A DNA stretch of 64,000 bases from Camelus dromedarius (GCF_036321535.1 NC_087436.1:116624001-116688000), one strand, 5' to 3'. Numbered from the stretch's first letter, positions 1-12,464 are shown. Translations and numbers: made by a program. The notes: generated by a model from the sequence alone, not told the origin.

Positions 1-707
1 GGGAAACAAAAGAAAGAGGAAATGAAAATGGGAGGAAGGAAGGAAAGAAAGGAGATAGAAAAGGAAAGAAGAGAGACAGATGGAAGGACAGGAAAACAGC
101 AACCTCAATTTCCCTAAAACTCTGTCATTTAAACCTAATTACACCAATAATGAGGCACACTTATTTTAATGGAGATTTTGATTGTACAATTTTTAACAAT
201 TAGAATGTAGCAGAGAGCGGTATTATTCAAAAGCTAATTACAAACTGTACTTGTTAAAAAGTCAGAAGAGAAATTCCTGAGCATTGGTCTGCTCTCCTGA
301 AGACCCCCATCTGAGATGTTCTGGATGCAGCAGTGATTAGCTCGAGATCTCTTTTTGCAGGGGACGTCCTGGGTTCACAGAGAATTCAAGGTAGGAATCC
401 ACGGTCCAGGACAGAGAAAGGTAAAAATGAAAGAGCCAGGGCTTTGAAATAATACAGAAATAAACTATAAGCACAAATGCCACCCTTTGACTTCCCAGCT
501 GCGCAGAATGGGAGGCTCACTTAACCTCCCCAAATCTCTGTGACATGAAGATGGGGGTGCCTTCCCCAGAGCACTGTTGGGTGGGCTGTCTGTGAGGTAT
601 GGACAATCCAAGCACATAGCTGGCATTTAGCGTGTGGAGGGAAGTCACCAGTACAGAAGGGACGTTTGTCATGTGGACATTGTCACAGGGCCTGAGAATG
701 ACATCCG

Positions 708-1144
708 TGTTATAAATTGAATTGTGTCCGCCCCAAAAAATTAATGTTGTAAGTCCTAAACCTGGCTACCTGTGAATGAGACCTTATTTAGAAATAGGCT
801 CTTTGCAGATGTAATCATGTTAAGATGTGGTCATTAGGATGCAGCCCAGTGCAGTATGAGTGGTGTCCTTATAAAAAGCTGGCCCTATAAAGACAGAGAC
901 ACAGGGGGAAGGCCACGTGAAGACGGAGGCAGGGATTGGAATGATGTGCCCACAGGCCAAGGAACTCCAAGGAGCAAAGCAAAAGGACTGCAATGGATTC
1001 TTCTAGAGGCTTCAGAGAAAGCACGGCCCTGTGGGCCCCTTGATGTCAGACGTCCAACCTCCAGAACCATGAGGGACTAAAGTTCTGTTACCTAGAGCCA
1101 CTCAGTGTGTGGTGTGTTGTCAAGGCACCCCTGGGGAATTAAAA
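708..1144 (+). mobile_element. MaLR solo LTR, MLT1B/C-like
   Basis: Starts TGTTAT..AATTGTGTCC; has GACCTTATTTAGAAATAGG, TTTGCAGATGTAATC, GGTGTCCTTATAA, GGCCACGTGAAGACGGAGGCAG, CCTCCAGAAC..GAG, all typical of MLT1. Confidence 0.85.
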
Positions 1145-1369
1145 GTCTGTAAGGCATTTAGTTAAAGTCAGTCTCCTCCCCTCCCCCCACCCCACCTGTA
1201 CTATTTCCTATTGTCAGGGCTGATTCCTCTCCTAGGCCTTGGGTTCCAGCCCCAGGAAAGGATTTACTAATGGTATGACCATAAGCACAATGGCAGTGCC
1301 TGGACCATGGCTCACCAACAGATGTCCCCATCACTTCTCACCCCCAGTCAGTCTCTTTGAAGTCTGAGT

Positions 1370-1905
1370 AACCATTTCAAAATGTAAATTACATTATCGA
1401 TGTGACCTCCACCAAACCCTTGCCAGGCTTCCCCACGTGCTTAAGATAAAGACAAGACACTTCCATGGCCTGTGTGGGCTGGCCTTGCCCTCCAGTCCAT
1501 CTGGGTCTTGGTCTCTGCTGCTGGGTCTTGGTCCTGCAGCCACACAGAGGGAGCACAGTGCCAGTGAGCAACCGAAGGCCAGGTTCAGACCCTCTCCACA
1601 TGATGTCCTACTGTCATCATGGCTTTTCCTAGTTAGTGCCCACCTCCACTCAGGTCAGACATCATTCTTTGGGGGGAAATTAGATCAGGCCCTCCCTTGC
1701 AAGTTATTATTACCACAAGTGCCTTTTCTTCATGATATTCACCAATTCTTATTTACATATGTATGTCATCACTATATTAATGATTCTTGAGACCCCCACC
1801 ATGTTACAAACTCTAAGAAGACAGGAACTGAACTAGTTTTCTCAGCACTGTGTATCTTAGCGTTGTACCTACCATGCAAAAAAAAGCTCAACATATGTTG
1901 AGCAG
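1370..1905 (+). mobile_element. L2 LINE 3' fragment (highly diverged)
   Basis: TTTCAAAATGTAAAT..AAACCCTTGCCAGGCTTCCC..CTTAAGATAAAG and a decayed L2 terminal motif (..AAGCTCAACATATGTTGAG). Confidence 0.55.
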
Positions 1906-1912
1906 TTAGGCT

Positions 1913-1963
1913 GATGGATGGGAGATGGATGGATGGTTGGATGGATAGATGGAGGGATGGATG
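1913..1963 (+). repeat. Degenerate (GGAT)n microsatellite
   Basis: GATGGATGGGAGATGGATGGATGGTTGGATGGATAGATGGAGGGATGGATG. Confidence 0.85.
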
Positions 1964-4561
1964 TCTTAACCAAAGTGTAGGATAGGTCTTTGGCTCAAGG
2001 AGTTGGAAATTTCCATTACTGAGGACTGGCAAGAACAGGTGCCCTAAATCTAAGCCTGACATCGGCTTGCCCTTGCCCTCTCTTGTTTCCATGGTCATAC
2101 TGGCTGGGGACTCGCTACAGCATCTTTTGGAATTTCTGTCCTGATTTCTATCTACTTCCCTGGCTTAAGACCCATTGTTCACCTTGACCTTAATGCCCTA
2201 TACATTCTAATAATCTTCTTGACAGTCATTTAGTGGAATAAATGTAGTTTTAATGCCAGATATATATGAGTCCAAAGCCCAGCTTTCTCAAGTATATGCT
2301 ATGTGGTTTTGCTTGAGTTATTTGCACTTCTTCAATCCTCACAATAGCTATGAAATTATATATTATTATTCTTTTCATAGATTATGAAAGACTATCTATG
2401 CAAAAAAATAAAATAAAATAAAGGAACTCTGTTTCAGAGAACAAGATTGACTTCCCCAAAGTTAAAAAAAAAATGAAATTAAAAAAACTGGGATTTCCAA
2501 CTAAGTTCAATACTTTTTTTCCCCTTCTTGATTGCAATTCGTATATATATATTTTTTAAATCCAGAATATTTTCCATTGTTTTCCAAGGATTATGGCACT
2601 TTCAGGCACATGCACATTTGTTCCTGGTCTGAATTTAAGCTTTTCTTCATGCCTGATGTTCAGTTTAAATCCTCTGCTCCCACCTACTAAGAGGAAAAAA
2701 GGGTAAAATAATGAAGAGACCTGGAACAAATGAAAAGAGATGTCATCTCACGAGAAATCTTGATTACTCTGCTTGAAATGCTGTGTTATTGCAGAATGTG
2801 TGCTGGGAGCTTTGGAGGGAAGTATTCAAAAAATTAGCCAAGGTTAAATAATTCAAGTGTGAATGTACCCGAGCTGAACAGATTATAACATTCAAAGAGA
2901 AGTTTTACACAGGATGGAGAAAAATGTTATAAAATTAAAATTAATGAGGATAAGTTTGACATTCTCACGTTAGCTTGGATCAACATGGATATGAAGAAAC
3001 TGCACATCCTGCTGGGGAAAGGGAGGTGGAATGTCAGTGTGATGTTGACTGATGCCTTCTCTGCACATGGAGACAATCTCGACCTGCCCTGGGTGCTCTT
3101 CATATGAAAACCCACACTTTTCTTGGTTCAAGTTCAACTTTCTCACAGCTCCTCTGTCTCATCCTCCCAGAGCTAGGTCCATTTTTATTTTCCCTTTGGA
3201 GTCTTTTTGTTCTGTACTCAGAACCAATCCTGAATTAAGATGGAAGACACATAACCAGGATGGTGTATTTGAAAAGGCAGAGATGGAGACTCAAGTGGAC
3301 TTGGATTTGGGTTCTGGCTTGGAAGAGCAGTGTGATGCTATATTTTTCAGTCTCAGTTTCCACGTCTTTACCACGATGGTAAGAAGCCTTTGTCACAGAC
3401 TTGTTTGGAGGCTCGATTGCAGTTTAATGCTTGGGAACAATATGTAACAGAGTTTGACCCTCAGTTGGGGGTCTTGGTTACAAGCAATGGAAGATGACTC
3501 TGAATATTGACACAGAGAAAAGTTTTCTTTTTATTTTTTAAAGAATATTGGGCAGCTCACTTGGGGAAAGGCTGGAAAACAAACTCAATATAGATTTCCA
3601 GCAATGTTCTAAACCAAGGGTGCTGGAGGAATTGCTGCCTCCCACAGAGAACTAGAGGAGAGGGCTCCTGCTTCTGCCCCAGAAATCCCACCTGGCCAAC
3701 TCCAGCTTCTCAGGGAACTCAGGAATGTCCTCAGTGGAGGGGAAGCTCAAAAACCTTACATCCCGCCTTGGACAGGTGCTCACACTACTTGCCTCTTTGT
3801 GCTGCTCATCTGGTCCTCAGAGCAAAACACACTTGTCCCTTATTCACTTAGTTTCCACCACGACTGAGAAAAAGCACCAGACGAAAGCAGAGCTGAGTGC
3901 ACTCCCCTCAGACGTTTCTTTCTCTGTGCACAGTCTGTCTCCCCCACCTGCTGCACTGTCAGCTCCATGAGAGTCGAGCCAGTTTCTTTATTACTACGTT
4001 ATCTGTGCCTAGAAGTAGGACCAGCAAAGGTGCTCAATAAGTATTCGGTGAATGAATAAATAAATACAAGTTGTAAATGGGGCAAATATCCCCTCCTAGG
4101 AGTCCTTCCCGGTTAGAGAGTTAAGTAGAGCAAATCTCTGGGAAGTCTTAACCTCCAAGTTCTCATATCTCAGGTATGAGGCAGCGACTGGGAAGGGAAG
4201 GGGAAAAATAATGATAAAAGCAGCTCTGCCCAAAAATTTAAAAGCATACATGGGCCTGGCTGACAATGTAAAACTGTGTTATCTAGTCCATTAAAATGAT
4301 GCCAGTGTGTCCCCAAGGTTGTCCCATGAAACCCTCCACCTGCTCACTGCTCATTTCCTGCTCACTGACCCACGTGGCCCAAGGTCTTTCTCTCCTGGAG
4401 GAGAGCCCTGGGCAGAGGAAATGAACAGGTGCTGAGGAAACCCGCATCACCCACTCACCCACTGTGATTCCTCAATTTTTTTTTCCTCACCCTGTTCAGT
4501 CTAGAGCCAGGGATCAACAGAAATTTAAGGAAAACTGACAGCATCAGATAAGCATGCGGGT

Positions 4562-4770
4562 AACTGTGAGCACTTACTGTAAGCAAGGCGGGGTCTAAGT
4601 GCCTCACACCTACGGCCTCACTTAACTCTCACAAACCTCTTTGAGGAAGGCACCACTGCTATCCCATTTTACAGATAAGAAGGCTGCAACACAGAAGGGT
4701 CCAAACTTCCCGAGATCACACAACTAGTAGGAGGTCGAGCCAGACTCCAAATTCAAGCCGTGTGACAAGA
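4562..4770 (-). mobile_element. MIR SINE
   Basis: TGAGCACTTACTGT..CTAAGTGC..CTCACAAAC..ATCCCATTTTACAGATAAGAAGGCTG..CCGAGATCACACAACTAGTAG = reverse MIR core. Confidence 0.85.
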
Positions 4771-5029
4771 GCAGAGGAAAAAGAGATTGATTAAAAAGTA
4801 GGCAATGTTTTGCTTTATTCCTTGTATCACCCTTCCGGGAGATGCCAGCAAAGATTCATGACACTATCACATCCCCCAGATAAGAACTGGCCGAGAGAGA
4901 GAGAGAGAGAAATCAGAGAAGAAGGAGAATTCTTGGAGATTAAAATAAATATTGCCAAATTTTAAAAAATATCTTAGAATAGTTAAAGATTATAATTTAG
5001 CAGTGTAAATTGGAAGTTACTGGGTATCA

Positions 5030-5340
5030 ATTGTAAAATGTAACTTGGAAGCACTGATGCTAATATACCCAGACCCACTGGTCCAGCGACTGTTCTGAGA
5101 GAGGTGCTTAGTCATGCGCACTGTGCAGACCTTGGGGCGCCGTCCATCACTGCTGGCAACCCAAGACCCTAGGAGATTCTTAAATGCCCGTTACTAAGCA
5201 AATGATGCAAAGTTTGTTCATCTTTATTATGGAATACTATTAAGAATTTTTTTTAAGGATGGCACAAATATGCATATGATGTGGGAACATATTCATAAAC
5301 TATTTTGTCTAAGAGCAAATTGCTATAATTCTATTTGGTG
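5030..5340 (+). mobile_element. Ancient L1 (L1ME-like) 3' fragment
   Basis: Decayed ORF2-end motifs (TAAATGCCCGTTACTAAG..ATGGAATACTAT). Confidence 0.45.
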
Positions 5341-5574
5341 AAGGGTGAGGATGCACGTGTAGGTGTGAAGGTATGTGTGTTGGGTGGGTCTGGAAGGCTA
5401 TTTACAAACAGGATCCTAGAACTGAAAAGTGGCGAGGGCAAGGATGGAGAGGTGAGAAGAAGAGCCAAGCCAGGGAAAGGGCTCTCCCCAGGCTGAGTTT
5501 CCATGTTGTGCTGAGTTTGTCTTCAAAGAGCATGCGCGACTTTTCTAATTTGAAAAATAAAAGAAAGGACTTTG

Positions 5575-5715
5575 CCGAAAGGTGTGCGGAGCTCAGGGAT
5601 AGGAAATGTGAGCTCCAGTCCAGACTGCCACTCAATGGCTGTGTGGCTTACGTAATTCCACTTTCCCTCTCAGGTCTGAGCTTCAGTTTCCTCATCTGTC
5701 AAACAGATGAGCTGA
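5575..5715 (+). mobile_element. MIR SINE fragment
   Basis: CTGCCACTCAATGGCTGTGTGGCTT..CTGAGCTTCAGTTTCCTCATCTGTCAAACAG. Confidence 0.75.
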
Positions 5716-6611
5716 CAGCCTGCAGGAGATGGTGGTGGGGTGCGGGGTGGGGGGCTGAGGAGCCAAGCTGGTGGGCAGAGAATCGCACCCACACACAAGG
5801 AGAGACCTCAAAACGCGTCCACTGTTTTCTTGTTTCTCGTGTGGACGGCATTCAGGAGGAACGCAACTTCTCTCCTAAAGCAAGCCTGAAGGGTCTTGCA
5901 AGGTCTCCTTTCTCTGTGCATGAGCAACATATCGGATTCCTCTTTTTGCCTGATTTCTCTTAAGATCATGTCTGTGTTTTGTGCTGCTTCTGCCTATTTC
6001 TGAAAATAACATTCAGCCTTCTCTACCTTGGACTGCACTGTTCTCTGCATCTGGGGAAAACTGAACATTTAACAGCCTGGGTTTTCTTCACACGGCGCCG
6101 CAAAGGACAGGGAAAGGCCTGGGAGAGTAAAGGAGGGCGTTCACTGCATAGCACTTTAGCCCCACCCCACCTTTAATTTGCATATTTCTGCGTCTCTGTG
6201 ATAAATAAGCTTTGCTTTCAAACAGAGAGACACAGAACGAGAGAACACACACATGAACACACAGGCACAAGCACTCACACTCCAGCGGAAACATCCATCT
6301 TTTCATTTCAACCCGGCTTCAGCTGACATTGGTCCGGTCTCCAGGATCCTCAAACTTGGTCCAGGAAAGGTTGGGCCTGAACAGCTTCTGTGAATGAATG
6401 ACTTTCTTGTGAGTGAGAGCCCAGGGATTTGCCGGAGGCTCCCAGACTTGCAAATCCAACACCTAGACAAAGAGGGACCTGGGCCAACGAAAAGGGCCTG
6501 AGCCAGGAGTCAGGACTCGAGTCTCAGACTGAGACAGGACATAAACACCTTCTAAATCCTGGCCAGGCCCCTGACTTCACGTGACAAGCAAGCAACTCAA
6601 CCCTCTGAGCT

Positions 6612-7052
6612 TGTGTCTATTTCCTGAGGCTGTGGTAAAGTCTCACCAGTCAGGTGGTTTGAAGCAAAAGAAACTGGTGGCCTCTCAGTTCAGGAGAACA
6701 GAAGTCTGAGGTCAAGGTGTCACACGGCTGCTTCCTTCTGGAGGCGCCAGGGGAGGATCTCCCAGGCCTTTCTCCCTGCTCTTGGTGATTGCCTTGAACA
6801 CGCATCACTCCGTTCTGCCTCTGTCTTTATGCGATGTCGTCCCTGTGTGTCTCTGTATCCAAATTTCCCTCTTCTTATAAGGACACTAGTCTTTGGATTA
6901 GGACCCACATGACTCCATTATGACCTTATCTTGATGCAATTGCATCAGCAAATTCCCTATTTTCAAATAAGGCCACAGTCACAGGTACCCAGGGGTGATG
7001 ACTCAAACACATATATTATTTTTTGGAGGGGGGCACAATTCTACCTACCTCA
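6612..7052 (-). mobile_element. MaLR solo LTR, MLT1C-like
   Basis: GAAGTCTGAGGTCAAGGTGT, TCCAAATTTCCCTCTTCTTATAAGGACAC, TTTTCAAATAAGGCCACAGTCACAGGTACC, GGGGCACAATTC. Confidence 0.85.
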
Positions 7053-8518
7053 GAGCTCAAGTCCCCACCCCCTAGTTAATGTCACAGTATTTGTTGTGAG
7101 GGTAAATTTTTTAAAATCATGACTGTAGAAGCCAATCCACATAAGTATTCATATATAATGATGAATAATGATGATCTTTGTAACTGACATTCTGATTCCA
7201 AATCCCCACGATGAAAATGCAGGGGTCTTTTTATCACCCAAAGGTATTTTGAGAGTTTACAATGTGAAAAGCACCACGCTGGAGGCCAGGGGCTCATGGA
7301 GAACAGAAGACCCCACAGAAAGAGGGGAAGGAGCTGGCCCAGCCCTGCCCCACCGGACTCATCCCCATCAGGCTAGTGGCATGAATCCAGGATTCCCCCA
7401 GTCCTGGCCCAGATGAGAGGTTCTCTCAGAGCCTGGGGATTGGACCAACTCAGCTCTGTGGTCCTGGCTGGAATCCAGGGGTCCTGGTCTTGGCACCATT
7501 TGTGTTCCAAGAATGCAAATTCAGGCTGTCTCTTTCCCTTTCCCAGTTGCAAGACAGTTCTGGAAGAGGTTCAGAAAAGAGCTCAGAAGGGCCCCCACTT
7601 TTCTGAGTTGGGGGTTTGGAAGCCTATTTCCAAGTGACTGAGGTGCCAGGTGCAGGGCAGACTTTCTTAACTGGGCACAGACCACAGAGTTATCCTCAGA
7701 CTCAGCTCCCTTCCCGCCTCCCTCACCTCTGCCATCCCCATCTATCCATCCCCTCAATCTCTTCTCTCCCCAGAACTGGGCTGCGAAATCTTCCCCTGCC
7801 GGTGCTTCAGTTTTCATCTCCTTTGCACTGCAGCTGTGCTGTCACTGCCCCTCTGTCCCTCCCCAGGGACCCCCAGGGAGCCAGGTGAGCCCCTCTTCCC
7901 ATCCGCAGTCAGACAGCCTGACTGGGCTTTCACAGGAGTCACCTGCTCTGTCCTTGGCTGGGAAAACCTCTCCTCCCCAATCCCCTCCAAAATGTTGATG
8001 CTGATAGTAAGCTTCACAGACTAACGAAGACAGTGGGCTCAAAGTCCTCGAGACTTTCTGTGTGTCAGGCATTTTGCAACTTTTTGTGACAAAAAAAAAA
8101 ATGACTAAATAATTTGCTCAAAGCAGGTGGAGAATCCAGGCTCAGCCTCCCCTATCTCACCATTCTGTAGACTCCAGACTGAAGCCCAGCTGGGCGCCCA
8201 ACAGGGCAGTTTAGGGAAACTTGCACTGCTCTCTGGATCTAAGTTCTGGTCTGAGGGGACCCCTTGCAGCACCAGTCAGTCACCCTCCACCCCCTCCCCT
8301 ATTTTACTGAGCTGCAGGAAAAGAATGGAAGAACCACATTCACACAAAGTGTGTAGAACACAGGCAGCATCTGCATTTTCTTTTAATTGAAGTTGTAAAG
8401 ACACGATTCAGCACCTGAGGGAGTCCCACCGAGGGTGGCCTCTCACCTGACGCAGACTAGCGCTCTCCACTAGGATATTGTCAAGCTCCTCTCAGTCTGA
8501 GATGGGGGTTGCATTTTA

Positions 8519-9079
8519 TTTAATTTTTTAATTATTTTATTTTTAATCAATTTTGAAGGGGAGGTAATTAAGGTTTATCATTTATTTATTTATTCATTTT
8601 TATTTCAAGCCATAAAATATCAGGGTTTATTAATTTTTTTAATTGAAGTATAGTCAGTTACAATGTGTCAATTTCTGCTATACAGCACAATGTCCCAGTC
8701 ATGTATATATATATATACATGTGTTCATTATCATATTCTTTTTCATTAAAGGTTATTATAAAATACTGAATATAGTTCCCTCTGCTATACAGAAGAAAGT
8801 TGGTTTTTATTTATTTCTATATATGATGGTTATCATTTGTAAATCTCAAACTCCCAAATTTATCCATACCATATGACATCACTCATATGTGGAATCTTAA
8901 AAAAAAAAAAAAAAGAGGACACTAATGAACTCATCTGCAAAACAGAAACAGACTTGCAAGCATAGTAAACAATCTTAGGTTTATTTGTTTACTTATTTAT
9001 TTAATGGAAGTACCGGAGATTAAACCCAGGACCCTGTGAATGCTAAGCACGTGCTCTACCACTGAGCTATATCCTCCCC
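8519..9079 (-). mobile_element. Vic-1-like tRNA-derived SINE, interrupted by an L1 insertion
   Basis: Head at 9005-9079 reads on minus GGGGAGGATATAGCTCAGTGGTAGAGCAC..GGTCCTGGGTTTAATCTCCGGTACTTCCA (A and B boxes); tail ..AAACCT/TAATTACCTCCCC split at 8571-8578 and 8977-8984; TTGCATTTTA on both flanks (8509-8518, 9087-9096). Confidence 0.9.
8579..8977 (-). mobile_element. Young lineage L1 3' end with 5' inversion and short 3' transduction
   Basis: 8634-8865 is the reverse complement of the L1 3' end at about 17756-17985; 8866-8977 matches 17615-17728 in forward orientation; AGGTTTAT duplicated at both ends. Confidence 0.9.
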
Positions 9080-12000
9080 GCAAGTCTTGCATTTTAAACG
9101 CTTGGAGCTCTAATGTAGAAATCTTTCCACTGGGTTCTCTATCTGGGTTGGTATCTCTATCTGGCTGGTTATATCTATATCCATGACACCCATTTTACCT
9201 ACATCCAAATCACACCTGCCCCCAGAAACAGGTGTTCTCAAATGCGGGGTGAGCAGGCATTCACTACTTGCACGACCCTCGTTCCACTGAAACAACTCCC
9301 AGAGCCCCCTCGCTCAAAGCCACTGGTCCACCCCCAGCTCAATGACTTTTGCATGAATGTAAATGGATTCTGCTGTCATTAGTGTTCACAAAGCACAGCT
9401 CCAAGCTCCAGGGAGCGAGGATGGTATCTCGGAAGCATCAAATGCCTGGGAGAGTTCTAGTCCTGCTGGATTTAAGCAAATAGTGATGCTGGGAAAGTTC
9501 CTCAACTTGCTGGCTTTCACTGTTCTCATCTGCAAAACGGGAGTTCATAGCTACCTTAAGAGGCTGTTTCCAGGAATAAATGAGAAGATGGCAGTAAAAC
9601 AGTGTGTACAGACCCTGGATGATAAGACCTCGACAGACATGATCGATGACAATAGCACAACACTATGCAGCCTCACCCAGGCCAGAAGGCTCTGACTTTG
9701 AGCTGCCAGACAGTTGGCTCCCGTATGCATTGAACCTCATTGTACTGCATTCATGGAGGTTTCCACATCAAATGGTGTCCTTATAAAGGAATTTTTCTCC
9801 AGCTAGTCATCAAAAAGAAATTTGATCCTGCTAACAGGGGAGCTACCTACAATGACCCCCAATCAGAAGGACCAAGTGGACCAAGGAGAGTACACAACTG
9901 TCTTGGCTGCACCCTCAGTACAGCTTCCTTCCTTCTGCAAACCTTAATCCATGCTGCAAAGATTTATCCAAACTGCAAAATTGTGGATAGCTTTTCTTCC
10001 CAGATGAAATTGTCATTGGAACACATTGCCTAATAAGGTAAGTGTTACGTGAAAGAGGTGAACACGTGTCGGTAACGACACCTCCATGCTCTGGGAAAAC
10101 TACAGAGACAGGAAGACTGAAATCCCAGTTTCACAGTTCAGACTGAATGTCCATTGTGAGCCATAGAGTCTCCAGATAGTCCAGATGAACAGAGGAGTTT
10201 TTCAAGGAATAAACTCTAGTTCTAAAACGAGAAGACCAGAAATAAAGATCAAGGTTACCCACTAGTAGTTCAATGGCATGGAAATTCACTTCATCTCTGA
10301 AACAAGGACCCGCAGTGACGTCCATGGGCCTAACTTGGCACATTAACCTCCATGAGCCTCCTGCTCCGTAGAAACATATTAAAAGTGATCAGTTATGAGT
10401 GTGTTGGCCTGAAGACAACTGTATCAATATTGTATGCTGAAACATTTTCTTCGACCTAAAGTTTATTACTTTTCTTCTGATTTTAGAAGAAATGAAAATG
10501 TTTTTGTGGGCCCTTCCAAGCAAAAACGGACCCTAGGACCCACTGTGGTAGTGGAAGGGTCAGCTTTGCTCTCCAAACTAAAACTTCTCCTTATAATTAA
10601 GAGTAGAAGAGTATTAATTCCTGCATCTGAGAATTTTGACGGTGATTAAATGGGATATTGTATGCACGTGACCCAATCCCCAGGTGGGTACCTGCGATAT
10701 TTAAACTTGAGTCTCAGTGAGTGAAAGGCAGACTGGGCTTGAGTTCAGAGACTTGGAGCAAAGAATGAGCCATGCCTGGGCATCTCTGGAGGGTGCACAT
10801 GGACAGCCAGAGCACGAAGGACAGAAAGGGGAGGAGAAAGCCCCCCACGCAGGGCGGCCTTGCTGTTCTCCCAGTGGTCCAAGCCCCTGGGCTGGGAGAC
10901 CAGATGGGGCACACAAATACGATGGCCAGAGCCCCAGCTTCGCCCTGCGAGTGGGACAAGGTTGCAGGAAGGCTTCCTCCGAGCAAAGATACCCTCTATC
11001 CATTGCTGCTGTGCAAACTCATTTTTTCTAAAATACTTCCTCCTGTTCTGGTCCTTCACTCATAAATAATTTGTTGTTAGTGTTACTGTAGTGATTTTTT
11101 TTTCCAAAGTAGAGGAAAGGATGAGTTTCACTTCTGAAGTCAACAAAAGTAAGGAGTACACGTTGCCCAGGGAGGGGCAGCATTTTGGAGCTAGAAGTGA
11201 CCTTGAGATGCAAGGACCCCGGGGAGTTCACAGAAACCTTGGGGAGGGCTTCAGAGTCCAACCAGCCCTCTCTGAACCTCAAGAGTCAGAGGACCACGAC
11301 TGACATCCAGGAGGCAGGCAAAGTGTCTAGAGCACAGGAGAGGCACATTCAGGGAGGCTTGCCTCTTCTGACAGCGGAGAAACCTCCGTGTTTCAAAGGA
11401 TGCTCACTTGTGAGAAACACACGCCCACCAGCTGGCTATCTCTGAACAAGGGCGTTTGGAACGCAGTGGCTCCCCCTTGACTTATACAAGAAACTCCTTC
11501 CATGAGTCACCATGGGACTCACTACCACCCGAGTCCCTCTTCCAGGTGGGGCTCCTGTCCACTTCAGTTCTCCTTTCCAGCTACGATGTGCCTTCGACAC
11601 AAGAGCAAGTTTACAGTACTTCTCAGGGGCTCTAAACACAGGCTCACGAACAGAAGGCTGCAGCTATAGCTGTCAGTGGGAAGATGAGAGCCAAACAAGG
11701 AAGCAGCCCACAGTGCTCTGTGTAACAACAGAGCTCATTTAAAGCAAGGGCCGTGTGCATCCGCACACTTGAGCCTGGGAGACCTCACCCCAGCACACGC
11801 CCACTGCAGCACGCAGACACCAACAGGCCAAGTGTGAAAATAAGAGAGAGGGGGGAAGAATTAATGGAATGGCACATTTTAACAGACCGCCAGCCCAGGA
11901 AGGGACCAGGAGGAGAAGCACGTACAGGAGGCTCTTCCTGAGAATGGAAGCTGAAGCCAAGAGAGGGATGATCCACTGTGAGTCACAGATGCAGCCCAGC

Positions 12001-12464
12001 CTCTCTGAGCATCGTCACCTCCTGTTTTAGGATAGGCTTTGGATATACAAAAAATTATAAGCTAAAAGTCAACATGCTTATAGTTTGTAATTAAAAAAAA
12101 ATTCATCTTGGTGGTCAAAAAAAGAAACCCAAACAAACAAACAAACAAAAGAAACCTTGATTTAAACCCAGCCATTCCCTCTTACTCACTCTGAGACTTC
12201 CGGTGGAATCGTTAACCCCTTGCTGCCTCCGTGCTCTCCTACACAAGACGGAATGAGCATTGTCATCTCCCAGAATTAAGTGGCCATTATTCTTCATAGT
12301 TTACGTAAAATCCGTGAAACACAGTAATTAATAATAAACACAACAACAGGAAAATAAACTTAAAAGTAATATGTCCACCATTTAAAGAAGACTTTGGTTT
12401 AACATTTTACAAAGGAAGCTGGGCAGCCTTCTGTGTTTCAGGATTTCGTGTGTAAGTTAAAGAA

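Noticed and set aside
5373..5963. Longest ORF (196 aa)
   Set aside because: Runs through a MIR (LSFSFLIC is the typical MIR read-through) and has no recognisable domain
8408..8428. REST/NRSE site (TTCAGCACC)
   Set aside because: Only the left half matches; the GGACAG half is missing
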